Notes under the pieces: generated by a model | What the model was told of the DNA's origin: nothing | The model's input: the letters and a program-made list of their open reading frames with translations, nothing else | Databases searched by the model: none | Position numbers and translations under genes: made by a program | Shown here: in pieces, positions 39,237 through 49,150 of the stretch | Position numbering within the stretch: position 1 is the stretch's first letter | How the letters are laid out: the number at the start of each line of letters is the position of its first letter | Source: a virus | Reading direction: 5' to 3' (one strand) | IMG/VR virus record: IMGVR_UViG_3300031918_000005 | Span: 103,486 to 167,485 of that record | DNA length: 64,000 nucleotides

Positions 39237-40895
39237 ATGGATTTAACAAAAATTGGTTCAACATATTCTAATGCTAAATCAGGGAATTTGGTATCATCAC
39301 TTACAGATAAAAACGCTGGTAAAGATGCTATATTTGAATATGTGGAAAAAAAGAAATCCGAAAACAGCCAATTTCTTGATAAATTAAGTACTAGATTTTA
39401 TAATCCACAATCAAATTATAAGGTAAATTCTCCAAGTTCTGACTGGATAGACACTGACGATGAATATGTATTGAAATATGTTGATGACCCAACATTGCTT
39501 GGTTTCAGATTAATAATAAGTTCTCATAGCCCACTTTTCAATACAAATATTTCTCAAACAGATGAAGAACAAGAGGAATCTGCATTCAATTATCTATTAT
39601 CAATAAACCAAATTGATAGAGCTAAAAAACTCCTTAATTTCATAGAATCTTTCAAACTCCTTATTGATGAATATCCTTATTATATGTCAGAAATGTCAGG
39701 TCTTGGCGATATTTATAAAATTGAATCAAAGAAATCATATTATGAAAGAAAATTAAAGATTAAGACAATTGAATCTATTGATATGTTTATTTCGGCAATG
39801 ATGCATGATTACATCAATGCTGTTTATGATTTTAATGAACTCAAATGGGTAGTTCCTATAAATTTGTTATTCTTTGATATAATAATTTATATATCTGAAG
39901 TTAGAAAATTCAAATCTGTTAGTACTGCAATAGAAGAAACTTTAATTGCTAATTCAAAGAGTGAAAAAATTGTTGATAAAGATAATATGTTTTTACTCAA
40001 CAAATATATAGGTGCTTATGCCTTGAGATTTAATGAATGTGAATTCACTTCTGAAGGTATGAACGGTTATCTATCAACAATTAGCCATACAGCACCTAAG
40101 CCAATTGAAAATGAGATTAATATGAAACTTGGAAAGATGTCATTCCATTTGACAAATCTACACCCATTTTCTCATATTCAACAATATTATGATGAAATTT
40201 ATCCACATATAAATCCAATAAATTCTGTTACAGAATCCGATTTATCTAGATTTGGTAATGAAAAGATTGAAAAATCTGATAAAACATTGTTCCAAATGGC
40301 TGGCGATGCTATTAAAAAAGAAGCAAAATCTGCTGCAGATGGTATTGTGAAGCAGATTGACACAAAAATAGGTAATACTATATCACTTGCTGAAGATAAA
40401 CTTCAAACACTTGGTAAAGAACTTGTTTCTGAATACTCTCCAGCTAATATATCAAATAGGCTTATTGGCGATGAACTTAGTAAGGTTTCTAAAAAAGTAA
40501 ATGATGGTTTGAACTCACTTATTAATGATTTGGAAGATAAGACAACGAATAAAACTGGAAATTTAATAAAAAGTTCTGATTCAGAACATTTGGCATCACT
40601 TATAATAAATCAAGATGGTATTCAATCTTCACAATCTGTAATTACTGGTAATGGGGAATATATTATAAATAGAGAGAAAGGTACTTCCGAGCCTCTTCCT
40701 GACATTCAAAAAATAAACAAGGATTTACAAGCCCAATATAAAATAGAATTAAAGGAAAAGGATAGAAATACTAAAGATGAGAGTTCTACCGATATAAACA
40801 AACGAATACTCGATCTAATACTCGATGGAACTAGTGCTGATAAATTATTGAGAGAAACCTTGTTTTTGAGAGATATAAATCAAAAAATAAATTAA
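39237..40895 (+). CDS. putative virion structural protein
   Basis: TAAATA leader; function not recognised. Confidence 0.4.
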   Translation: MDLTKIGSTYSNAKSGNLVSSLTDKNAGKDAIFEYVEKKKSENSQFLDKLSTRFYNPQSNYKVNSPSSDWIDTDDEYVLKYVDDPTLLGFRLIISSHSPLFNTNISQTDEEQEESAFNYLLSINQIDRAKKLLNFIESFKLLIDEYPYYMSEMSGLGDIYKIESKKSYYERKLKIKTIESIDMFISAMMHDYINAVYDFNELKWVVPINLLFFDIIIYISEVRKFKSVSTAIEETLIANSKSEKIVDKDNMFLLNKYIGAYALRFNECEFTSEGMNGYLSTISHTAPKPIENEINMKLGKMSFHLTNLHPFSHIQQYYDEIYPHINPINSVTESDLSRFGNEKIEKSDKTLFQMAGDAIKKEAKSAADGIVKQIDTKIGNTISLAEDKLQTLGKELVSEYSPANISNRLIGDELSKVSKKVNDGLNSLINDLEDKTTNKTGNLIKSSDSEHLASLIINQDGIQSSQSVITGNGEYIINREKGTSEPLPDIQKINKDLQAQYKIELKEKDRNTKDESSTDINKRILDLILDGTSADKLLRETLFLRDINQKIN

Positions 40896-40896
40896 T

Positions 40897-41148
40897 ATGA
40901 ATATAGATTATTCAATATATAAATCACTTAAGCATAGGAAAGACAATATAAAGAATCTTGGATATGATTACAGAGGAAAGATTGTTAATAATTCTGTATC
41001 AAATTTAATCAGAAACAGCAATAATCAGGTTTTGAAAGATTTACTCATTCTTTTTGAAAGATGTATAGGTTTTATGATACTTGGAGTAAAAACCATAAAA
41101 TCAAGAAATAATATATGTGTTGATAAAGATACAGACCTTATAAATTAA
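40897..41148 (+). CDS. hypothetical protein
   Basis: 83-aa ORF in operon. Confidence 0.55.
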   Translation: MNIDYSIYKSLKHRKDNIKNLGYDYRGKIVNNSVSNLIRNSNNQVLKDLLILFERCIGFMILGVKTIKSRNNICVDKDTDLIN

Positions 41149-41149
41149 T

Positions 41150-42892
41150 ATGGATAAAGAAATTGTTAAGTCAATATTACCTGATGATTTATATCAAGAA
41201 TTTACAGCACTTGAAAATAAACAACCAGCAGAGCTTGATACTTGTAAAATTCCTAACAGAAACATTTCAATATCACCACTTTCAGGTTGTGTACCTATTG
41301 TACCAAATTTCGACTCATCAAAAGAGGTTAAAAAAATAGCAAATTTAGTTGAATCAATTTTATCGGGTCTGATGAAATCTGATGAGCAGAATAAATCATT
41401 GTATAATGATAAAAAAAACAATTGTTTTGATATAATAGATTTAGCAGTTAAAAAAATTTCTACATCAACTATAGAAAAAGCAAATAAAAATCAATTTGTT
41501 CCACTTCAGCAAATTTTAAAAAATCTTGCTGAAGTGGTTGTATATAATACAATACTTGAACAAATAAGTTACAAATATTCGGGGCAAGAAAAACTGTACT
41601 TGAAATTTGATAATTCATTTACTTTAGAGCTTAATGATAATGGATATTATAAACATATATCAAAATTACCACATTACCATTTATCAAATGGTATAAGAAA
41701 TTTTGATATTCATAATGCGTTTGATGATTTAATAAAATCGGTTGTTGTTAGAAAGGAATATAAATTAAATCAACAAGTTTCACAAATTAATATTATTAAG
41801 TATTATGTAGATGTATTTGAACTTTCTACAACTGATATAGGTGATGGGAATGTTGATTTCAACAAAATATTTTATGACAAAATACTTTTGTTTAAGTTGT
41901 ATGTTGTAAAATTTTTGAATGAACTTTACAATAAGGTACTATCGAATAAAACTAATATAGACAATCTTGCTGTTATGCAAATGTACTCGTTTGGTAGCAA
42001 GGAATCGGAGGTTGGTTATTATAAAAATAATATAATTATGTTTTATGATGGAATTGATAGCATTATAAATTCCTATATAAACGATGATATATCAAATATT
42101 ACAAATTTGAAATTGTATACGCAAATATCAATTGATTCAATATCATATGATTATATTGTTGTATATTTTGAAAAATTAAATTTAATTTTTCAAAAAAATA
42201 TTAGTGATTACTTCCTAACAATAGATATACTTGATTTTGAGCAAATCAAATATGAGACAATTTATGAATTACTTCAAATCCCTTGTACTTCAAATATAGA
42301 ATCTGTATTATCTGAAGAAGTTACAGAAGAACAAACACCTTTTGATGCAACTTTGAAAAGAATATCAAAAAACAAAGACGATTATGATTTTTTAAATTCA
42401 AAATATTGGAAAAGTTGGACTAGAGGATTCAATCTTATATCTTTGATTCCTACACATTGGACTGTGGGCATAATAACTCCTACTGGTACAAAAATAAAAT
42501 TACCAATAATTTATACACATTTATTAACAGTATCTGCTGGTTCAACAGTATTTGTTGTGTGGTTGTCAATAAATGGATTGGCTATTTCACCAGTTATAAT
42601 GACAATTGATAATAATATGAAATCTACTTGGAAAACATTGTTTAGAGGCGGAAATCAGCTTATTGAATCAAGTCAAGGTTCTAAGCCAGTCCCCACTGGA
42701 TTTGAAATTCCTCAATCGGTTGATGGTGCTACAGCAACCATTGATACAAAACCAGATTTAACATCAATTGCTCCTATGTTAGAAGATTCATTCCCATCCA
42801 AAGATAGAATGTCTATATCAAATCCAGCTCACTTAAAATTTTTAAATACAGTATGTAACAGTGCAAAAAATTTCATGGGATTAGTTCCATGA
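41150..42892 (+). CDS. hypothetical (probably structural) protein
   Basis: 580-aa ORF in operon. Confidence 0.5.
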   Translation: MDKEIVKSILPDDLYQEFTALENKQPAELDTCKIPNRNISISPLSGCVPIVPNFDSSKEVKKIANLVESILSGLMKSDEQNKSLYNDKKNNCFDIIDLAVKKISTSTIEKANKNQFVPLQQILKNLAEVVVYNTILEQISYKYSGQEKLYLKFDNSFTLELNDNGYYKHISKLPHYHLSNGIRNFDIHNAFDDLIKSVVVRKEYKLNQQVSQINIIKYYVDVFELSTTDIGDGNVDFNKIFYDKILLFKLYVVKFLNELYNKVLSNKTNIDNLAVMQMYSFGSKESEVGYYKNNIIMFYDGIDSIINSYINDDISNITNLKLYTQISIDSISYDYIVVYFEKLNLIFQKNISDYFLTIDILDFEQIKYETIYELLQIPCTSNIESVLSEEVTEEQTPFDATLKRISKNKDDYDFLNSKYWKSWTRGFNLISLIPTHWTVGIITPTGTKIKLPIIYTHLLTVSAGSTVFVVWLSINGLAISPVIMTIDNNMKSTWKTLFRGGNQLIESSQGSKPVPTGFEIPQSVDGATATIDTKPDLTSIAPMLEDSFPSKDRMSISNPAHLKFLNTVCNSAKNFMGLVP

Positions 42893-42934
42893 TTTAAATA
42901 AATAAAAACCTGAATATTAATTAAAAAATTTATT

Positions 42935-43630
42935 ATGAAACTTAATTCAGTTAAAAATTTTGTTCTATCAAGAACAAAGGTAAGTAATTCATCAGTACAA
43001 GTTGGTGATTTATTTATTACTCCAAATTTCGATTCAAAAATGTCTGATGAGATATTGAAGGATGTAGTTGAATTTGCTAAAAAGAATTTCAGTGATATAC
43101 AAACATTGAATGGTAAATCAATCAGACATTTAAGATATTTGTTTGAAGATGACACAAAAATGACACAATTTTTCATGGGTGCACTAACATTTTCCACAAT
43201 TGATAATTGTAAATTCTCAATTGTTAACAGCAAAATTGGCAATTCAGCAACGCCTTTAATTTCTGTTTCAGACCTTAAAGAAAATGAGCCTGCTAAAGAA
43301 TTCGAAGCAGTTGATGAAGGTGATAATGTGAAAACTGAAACTGAAACTGATGCTGATGCTGAAACTGAAACTGATGCTGAAACTGATGCTGAAAAAGAAG
43401 TGAAAACTGAAGGTGATAATGTGAAAACTGAAGGTGATAATGTGAAAACTGAAGGTGATAATGTGAAAACTGAAACTGAAACTGTTGCTGAAACTGATGC
43501 TGAAAAAGAAGTGAAAACTGAAGGTTATGATGTGAAAACTGAAACTGTTGCTGAAGAAGAAGTTGAAGCCGATAAAAAATCTATAAGCAGAAAGAAAAAT
43601 GCTGACACAATCGGAAGTAAATTGAATTAA
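42935..43630 (+). CDS. hypothetical protein with an acidic repetitive tail
   Basis: EGDNVKT and ETDA repeats. Confidence 0.6.
   Translation: MKLNSVKNFVLSRTKVSNSSVQVGDLFITPNFDSKMSDEILKDVVEFAKKNFSDIQTLNGKSIRHLRYLFEDDTKMTQFFMGALTFSTIDNCKFSIVNSKIGNSATPLISVSDLKENEPAKEFEAVDEGDNVKTETETDADAETETDAETDAEKEVKTEGDNVKTEGDNVKTEGDNVKTETETVAETDAEKEVKTEGYDVKTETVAEEEVEADKKSISRKKNADTIGSKLN
43316..43560 (+). repeat. coding tandem repeats
   Basis: gtgaaaactgaaggtgataat three times at 43400-43462, plus gaaact/gatgct hexamer runs. Confidence 0.85.
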
Positions 43631-43647
43631 TCATTAACTCAATTTAA

Positions 43648-43689
43648 AATAGAAAAAGCCAAGAGAGTGATCTCTTGGCTTTTTCTATT
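43648..43689 (+). terminator. intrinsic terminator
   Basis: 19-bp perfect stem aatagaaaaagccaagaga/tctcttggctttttctatt with a GTGA loop. Confidence 0.85.
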
Positions 43690-43734
43690 GTGATTATTTA
43701 TATTCTATCATCATATAAAAACATAAAACAATCT

Positions 43735-44355
43735 ATGAAAGTAACAGTTAATAGTATAGAAGAACTTTCAAATGAATTGAATAAATACTCCGATTATAAG
43801 CATTCTAAAAAATTTATGAATAATAAATTTTTTATATTCAAATCAAAAATTTTTGAAAGTTCAACACTTAACATAAAAATCGAATTTGGTAAAACTTTGG
43901 TTAAGGTAATAGAAATACAATCACTTCCTAAAACATACGATTATATCGAAAATTATATAAATTATGTTGGTCAAGAAATAAACAACAACAAATCTGGTAA
44001 TAAAATAATACTTGATTTATTAAATATGTGTATGGGTAATTCAATTGAGGCTAATGAGGTTCTTGGCGTTTTGCAAAAGAATGTATTCTTCGGCAAAGAA
44101 TATGAAAAATGGAAAATGATTGATGAATTATCGGACAACTTATTTTATTTTGTTGGAATTATGCGTTTGATAGGTACTAACTTTGAAGAGGTTATTAATG
44201 CCAATATGATAAAATTGAAATCTAGATATCCTGATGGTAGGAGAAATCTTAGTGTTTTCATTAATAAAAATAAAGAAAAAGAAAAAGTACTAATACAAGA
44301 ATTAATAGATAAAAACGAAAAAAATGGAAAGTCTAAAAATCCTGAAATTCAGTAA
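43735..44355 (+). CDS. MazG-like NTP pyrophosphohydrolase
   Basis: MG...EANEV...KNVFFGK...DELSDNLFY...NMIKLKSRYPDG; probable start ATG 43735. Confidence 0.75.
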   Translation: MKVTVNSIEELSNELNKYSDYKHSKKFMNNKFFIFKSKIFESSTLNIKIEFGKTLVKVIEIQSLPKTYDYIENYINYVGQEINNNKSGNKIILDLLNMCMGNSIEANEVLGVLQKNVFFGKEYEKWKMIDELSDNLFYFVGIMRLIGTNFEEVINANMIKLKSRYPDGRRNLSVFINKNKEKEKVLIQELIDKNEKNGKSKNPEIQ

Positions 44356-45154
44356 ACTTAATGTAAAAAGGTTTATTGATTATTTGTCTGATACAAACAT
44401 AAAAGAAAAAGAAACTATTGACTTTGAACAAACAAGATTGGTATGTAAATCTCATAGCGAAATGAAGATGTATATCAAATTTGTTGAGGTTGGTATTGAC
44501 AAATTATTCGGAGAAATCAATCCTTACAAACACCTATATTTTCCATTAAATGATGTCGGTAAACTTATTAAGATTTTTGAATTGTACAATTCTAATAATA
44601 TTGAAACAGTTGATGGTGATATACATTATTATGATGATAATGAAGGTAATCAAGTTGCCACACTTTTTAATATCAAAGCTGGACAGCTGAAAAACAAAAT
44701 AGCTCTTGGTGAGTATGGAAATATTCAATATTTGAAAACTGATATATGGGAAAAAACCATATCAGAAGTTGAAAAATCTTCAATTGTTTTCAAATTATTG
44801 GCTATTGATGTTGATAATTTACTTAAATTATTGGCTATTGATAAGGACACAGCTTTTTTAAATAAAACGAAGGATTTCAACAAATTCGCTGTTAAACCAA
44901 CAAGCAATGGAAAAATATCAATAAATTCATTTGAAGGCAAATGGGAATATTTGATAGAAGATGTTGAGATAATGACAGAAAAGAAAGAAATTTATTTCTT
45001 TGATATAACGCTTAAACTTCTTGATAAAAAAGACCATAAAGTTAGCGTATATCTTTCATCGAGAGGTCTTTATATGGGATACATTGAAGAAATTAAATTA
45101 GAAGAAACTATAAAACCTAAAAAATACTTGGTAAGCTGTGATATCAAACGATGA
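44324..45154 (+). CDS. hypothetical protein, possibly sliding clamp (gp45/PCNA-like)
   Basis: 276 aa, two-domain alpha/beta pattern; size and context only. Confidence 0.35.
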   Translation: MESLKILKFSKLNVKRFIDYLSDTNIKEKETIDFEQTRLVCKSHSEMKMYIKFVEVGIDKLFGEINPYKHLYFPLNDVGKLIKIFELYNSNNIETVDGDIHYYDDNEGNQVATLFNIKAGQLKNKIALGEYGNIQYLKTDIWEKTISEVEKSSIVFKLLAIDVDNLLKLLAIDKDTAFLNKTKDFNKFAVKPTSNGKISINSFEGKWEYLIEDVEIMTEKKEIYFFDITLKLLDKKDHKVSVYLSSRGLYMGYIEEIKLEETIKPKKYLVSCDIKR

Positions 45155-45743
45155 AGAAGAAATAATTGATAAAATAGAAAAAATAGAAGATGGCTCTGAA
45201 TACATCATCAACAGCCAATCAACTCTATCTTTTTCTATTGATATTTGTGTGGAAATAGACCAAGAGCTTACAGACCCCGAGGCATATTATAATAATAAAT
45301 TTATATATGAAAGGGTTGTAAAAGCACTCAAGGAAATATCTCACTCAAACGAAAAATATAACTACATAAGAGATTTATCGATTGAATTCATTGAAATAGG
45401 CTCACTTGTTTTGTATTCTGATATTCTGTTTAAGGTTGAATACGTATTCGATGATGATGATACAGTTCTTATACACAATGAAGTTAATGATGAAATTAAG
45501 CTGGTTTATAAGCTTGAGTTAATGCCGAACGATAATGCTTGTAAGAAAATAACAAACAAAGATATACAATTTATATTCAGTGAACTTATATCAAAGTTCA
45601 CAATCAATAGAGATAAAGACGCAATATATGATGTGTTCATGTCATTTTCCAATTACATGAAAATAGATGTAAAGAAAATATATAAATCTCTAGATGATAA
45701 AACACAAAAAATTTTAGTAGCTGCACTTAATAAAAAGATTTGA
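45138..45743 (+). CDS. hypothetical protein; C-terminal helical domain loosely gp33-like
   Basis: IYDVFMSFSNYMKIDVKKIYKSL; weak. Confidence 0.3.
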   Translation: MISNDEEEIIDKIEKIEDGSEYIINSQSTLSFSIDICVEIDQELTDPEAYYNNKFIYERVVKALKEISHSNEKYNYIRDLSIEFIEIGSLVLYSDILFKVEYVFDDDDTVLIHNEVNDEIKLVYKLELMPNDNACKKITNKDIQFIFSELISKFTINRDKDAIYDVFMSFSNYMKIDVKKIYKSLDDKTQKILVAALNKKI

Positions 45744-46186
45744 AAAAAATGGAAAATCAAACTAAGGCTTTTAACGATTTAACACTTAAAATCGTTAAAA
45801 ACAGATGTGAATTGACTGGATTCGATTACAACCCACCGTTTATTGAAGAAATAAAAATAATTGGTGGTCGATTTGACAGTACAAAATTCTTATACTTCTT
45901 CGATGATTTAACACAAAAAACTTATGACAAAATAGTTGAAGTGTGTAATTATTATTTTACTCCTCAAAAACACTATACTTCAGGCCAAAGAAGTCTCGTT
46001 AAAAAAATAAGCACCATATTTGGAGAATGTTCAGGTGACTTTATTTTTAGAAAAGATGATGAAGGACTTTCATTCGTTGATTTGAATCAAGCATGTGGTG
46101 TTCCTAATCAAATAGCAACAGTTCTTAGGAACAATAAAGTCAAGGTTGTTAAAACTACAGAAAGAAGGATTTATATCAGTAATTAA
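45740..46186 (+). CDS. hypothetical protein
   Basis: 148-aa ORF in operon. Confidence 0.55.
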   Translation: MKKMENQTKAFNDLTLKIVKNRCELTGFDYNPPFIEEIKIIGGRFDSTKFLYFFDDLTQKTYDKIVEVCNYYFTPQKHYTSGQRSLVKKISTIFGECSGDFIFRKDDEGLSFVDLNQACGVPNQIATVLRNNKVKVVKTTERRIYISN

Positions 46187-47709
46187 TCAAGAGTGTACTT
46201 GAATTTGCTGAAAATTGATTCATTATTCCCATTTAATGATTTACCAACAACATAACATGTTGAATTATTGCTAACTTCATATATCTTTTTGGAAGTTGCT
46301 TCATCAATTGTGAATAAAAGTTGACCATTTGTTTTACTTATAGTACTGTCAATGGTTTCTTTGATTTCCACCTTGCTCGAAGCTGAATTCGGGAATGTCA
46401 AATAATACACAACGCTGTTGGGTATTTCTTTACTTGAACCAGAGGTATCTGTGAATTCAAGAAGTAATGTTTTCTTCAGTGGTGCTATTTCTATTGCTTC
46501 ATCTGATGATTTTATAGCAAACTTATCAACAAACTTATCAACAACAATAGTTTTTATAACTTCATCAATTTGAGTAGCTATATTTCTATTTGTTTTTACT
46601 ATATGATTATAAACATCAAATTTTGTTGGTAATATATCTAATTGTATGAGTTTATTTCCAAAAATTGATGTATTGAGAGTTGAGACAGATGAAGTTATAG
46701 TTACACCCATACCATCACTACTGTTGATAAGTTGAACAGTGTAATCTATTGATATTGATGATATATTATTATTTTGTATTACTGGTCTAAACTTAAACAA
46801 TTTTTGGAAATTGTTATTTTGTATTGTTGTATATTTATCGGCTTCAATATAAGTATCACCAACTTGTTCTATAACATTTATTGTGTGAATTATATAAAAA
46901 TTATTTCCTGAAATGGAATTTAATTTATATATAAAATCTTCAATCTGTTCATTGTTGTATCTTAATTGATACTCGAAATAGTCACCTTCGGTTGATAATT
47001 GAATAAATCCTGACAAATTAGTATATTTATCTTGTGTGACAAGTTGATTTTTTATCGTGTCAACAAGTAAAAATTTGTAGAACCCATTAACGTATTCACC
47101 ATAATTCACTAATGAATATTCGAAGTATAATGCGTGATCTGTAACCAAATTATCACCTATAACATTGAATACATCTTCAGATTTGATATCTTGTAACATC
47201 AACCAATATTCTAATGATGGTATTTGTATTTCCAAATATTTATCAAATATAGCTTCGGAAAGTTTTATTGGTGTTGAATTATATTGTATGATGCTGGAAA
47301 ACTTTCTTATATAAACAAAATCGGCGAAATAAATTTTTTGGCCAGTTTTTGAATATGTATAGATTTTTAAATTAAAACCATCATTTCCTATAAAATTAAA
47401 CCCTGAAGCTAGATTTATTCTTATAATATTGTATTTCATTATAAATGATTCCGCTAAATCAGGAATTATTTTATTGATATTTTGATCTACTGAAGCTAAA
47501 TCGTATACACCATCTTCATTGATTATTGTGAAATTATTGGTGGTTTCTGCAGATGAATATTTGTCTTGACCATTTTTTAAAATGATTTTTGAATTATCAT
47601 ATAAATTTTCAATAACATATAATTTATTGGATATTACATTTTCACTTGTTTCTTGATAATCGTATTCTAGTAATACTTCATCCTGTAATCTTATGACCGT
47701 TTTTGACAT
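46183..47709 (-). CDS. putative virion structural protein
   Basis: 508 aa, beta-rich, TAAATA leader. Confidence 0.45.
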   Translation of the reverse strand: MSKTVIRLQDEVLLEYDYQETSENVISNKLYVIENLYDNSKIILKNGQDKYSSAETTNNFTIINEDGVYDLASVDQNINKIIPDLAESFIMKYNIIRINLASGFNFIGNDGFNLKIYTYSKTGQKIYFADFVYIRKFSSIIQYNSTPIKLSEAIFDKYLEIQIPSLEYWLMLQDIKSEDVFNVIGDNLVTDHALYFEYSLVNYGEYVNGFYKFLLVDTIKNQLVTQDKYTNLSGFIQLSTEGDYFEYQLRYNNEQIEDFIYKLNSISGNNFYIIHTINVIEQVGDTYIEADKYTTIQNNNFQKLFKFRPVIQNNNISSISIDYTVQLINSSDGMGVTITSSVSTLNTSIFGNKLIQLDILPTKFDVYNHIVKTNRNIATQIDEVIKTIVVDKFVDKFAIKSSDEAIEIAPLKKTLLLEFTDTSGSSKEIPNSVVYYLTFPNSASSKVEIKETIDSTISKTNGQLLFTIDEATSKKIYEVSNNSTCYVVGKSLNGNNESIFSKFKYTLD

Positions 47710-47824
47710 ACCAATATTGATTTTAATTATTTAAATGATTTTAGTAAATATTATGTTTGATTAATAAATCGGAACGCAAATATAAAAAACATAAACTTGA
47801 TTTTAACCATTTAAAAATTATATC

Positions 47825-48259
47825 ATGCAAGTAAAAATCATTAACAAATCAAAACATGACCTTCCAGAATATACAACAGTGAATTCTGCTGGAATGGATT
47901 TAAGAGCTAATATTGATGGCTTGATTAAATTATCACCTCTTGAAAGAAAACTCATTCCAACTGGATTATTCATTGAATTACCAGTAGGTTTTGAAGCTCA
48001 AATCAGACCAAGAAGTGGTTTAGCACTTAAACTAGGAATAACTGTTTTGAATAGCCCAGGTACTATCGATGCCGATTATCGAGGTGAAATTGGTGTTATT
48101 TTAATCAATCTTTCTTCGGAATCAAGAGTTGTTGCTGATGGTGACCGCATTTGCCAAATGGTTATAGCCAAACATGAACAAGCTGAATGGGAACAAGTTG
48201 AAGTACTTGAAGACACTGAAAGAGGTGCTGGTGGATTTGGTCATACTGGAAAAAAATAA
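47825..48259 (+). CDS. dut: trimeric dUTPase
   Basis: [32 protein letters not shown]. Confidence 0.97.
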   Translation: MQVKIINKSKHDLPEYTTVNSAGMDLRANIDGLIKLSPLERKLIPTGLFIELPVGFEAQIRPRSGLALKLGITVLNSPGTIDADYRGEIGVILINLSSESRVVADGDRICQMVIAKHEQAEWEQVEVLEDTERGAGGFGHTGKK

Positions 48260-48268
48260 AACTTTTAT

Positions 48269-49108
48269 ATGGGTTATTCTGAAACACTTTTGGATTATGA
48301 TATGTATTTATATCTTCATGAATCTATAAACATTTCAAGGTTTCAGGATGAAAGAAGAATGTTTGTACACACAATAGATTTGGCAGAAGGTGCTGGAGGT
48401 GATTATTCAGTTATCAATATATTTGAACTTTTACCAATGACACTTGAGGAAATCGAAAATGTTACATTAATAGAAGATGAATATTCGTTTTTCAAATTGG
48501 TTCAAATAGCAATGTTTAGGTCTAACACAATAATAGTTCCTGATTTAGCAAAATGGTATTATCACTTCTTAGTAGAAGTTTGTATTCCCGACAACACAAA
48601 AATATGTCTCGAAAATAATTACGATGGTAATTATTTTCGAGAAGTGTTGACCAAATTGTATGGTGATGAAAATGAACTTGATGGTGATTTCATGTTCTTT
48701 GTATTTCCATACAATATGAAAGATGACCAGTCTTATGCAGTTAGAATTGGTCTTAGACAATCAGAACACACAAAGAATTTGGGTACTACAATGATGAAAA
48801 CTCAAATGCGACAAAATCAACTTATACTTACCGAATTCATAACAATAGAAGAAGCATTATCTTTTGCAAGGAAGAAAACAAAAGATGGTGGTTTTGGTGG
48901 GTATTGCGCTATGATTGGTAATGATGATTGTATAATGTCTGTAGTTAATATAACGCATATTAGAAAACTTCCTGAATTCCAAGAACTGATTGATGAAGTA
49001 TCCAAATATTGCCCTAAAGAATTTTGGGATGCTATCAGCAAGAAAATGAAAACAATTGCATCTTCAGATTCATCAGGTGATATAACATCAATTTTTGGCG
49101 CAAAGTAA
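48269..49108 (+). CDS. terL: terminase large subunit, stand-alone C-terminal RNase H-like nuclease domain
   Basis: IDLAEGAGGDYSVINIF, FRSNTI, LENN, GNDDCIM match gp17 nuclease motifs. Confidence 0.85.
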   Translation: MGYSETLLDYDMYLYLHESINISRFQDERRMFVHTIDLAEGAGGDYSVINIFELLPMTLEEIENVTLIEDEYSFFKLVQIAMFRSNTIIVPDLAKWYYHFLVEVCIPDNTKICLENNYDGNYFREVLTKLYGDENELDGDFMFFVFPYNMKDDQSYAVRIGLRQSEHTKNLGTTMMKTQMRQNQLILTEFITIEEALSFARKKTKDGGFGGYCAMIGNDDCIMSVVNITHIRKLPEFQELIDEVSKYCPKEFWDAISKKMKTIASSDSSGDITSIFGAK

Positions 49109-49150
49109 TATATAAATTTTAATAAATAAGGAAATTAAAATTTATCGATT

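Noticed and set aside
43316-43560. Short repeats here, in gp32 and at 63751 as a possible CRISPR array
   Set aside because: They are in-frame coding tandem repeats without unique spacers, and no cas genes are present.
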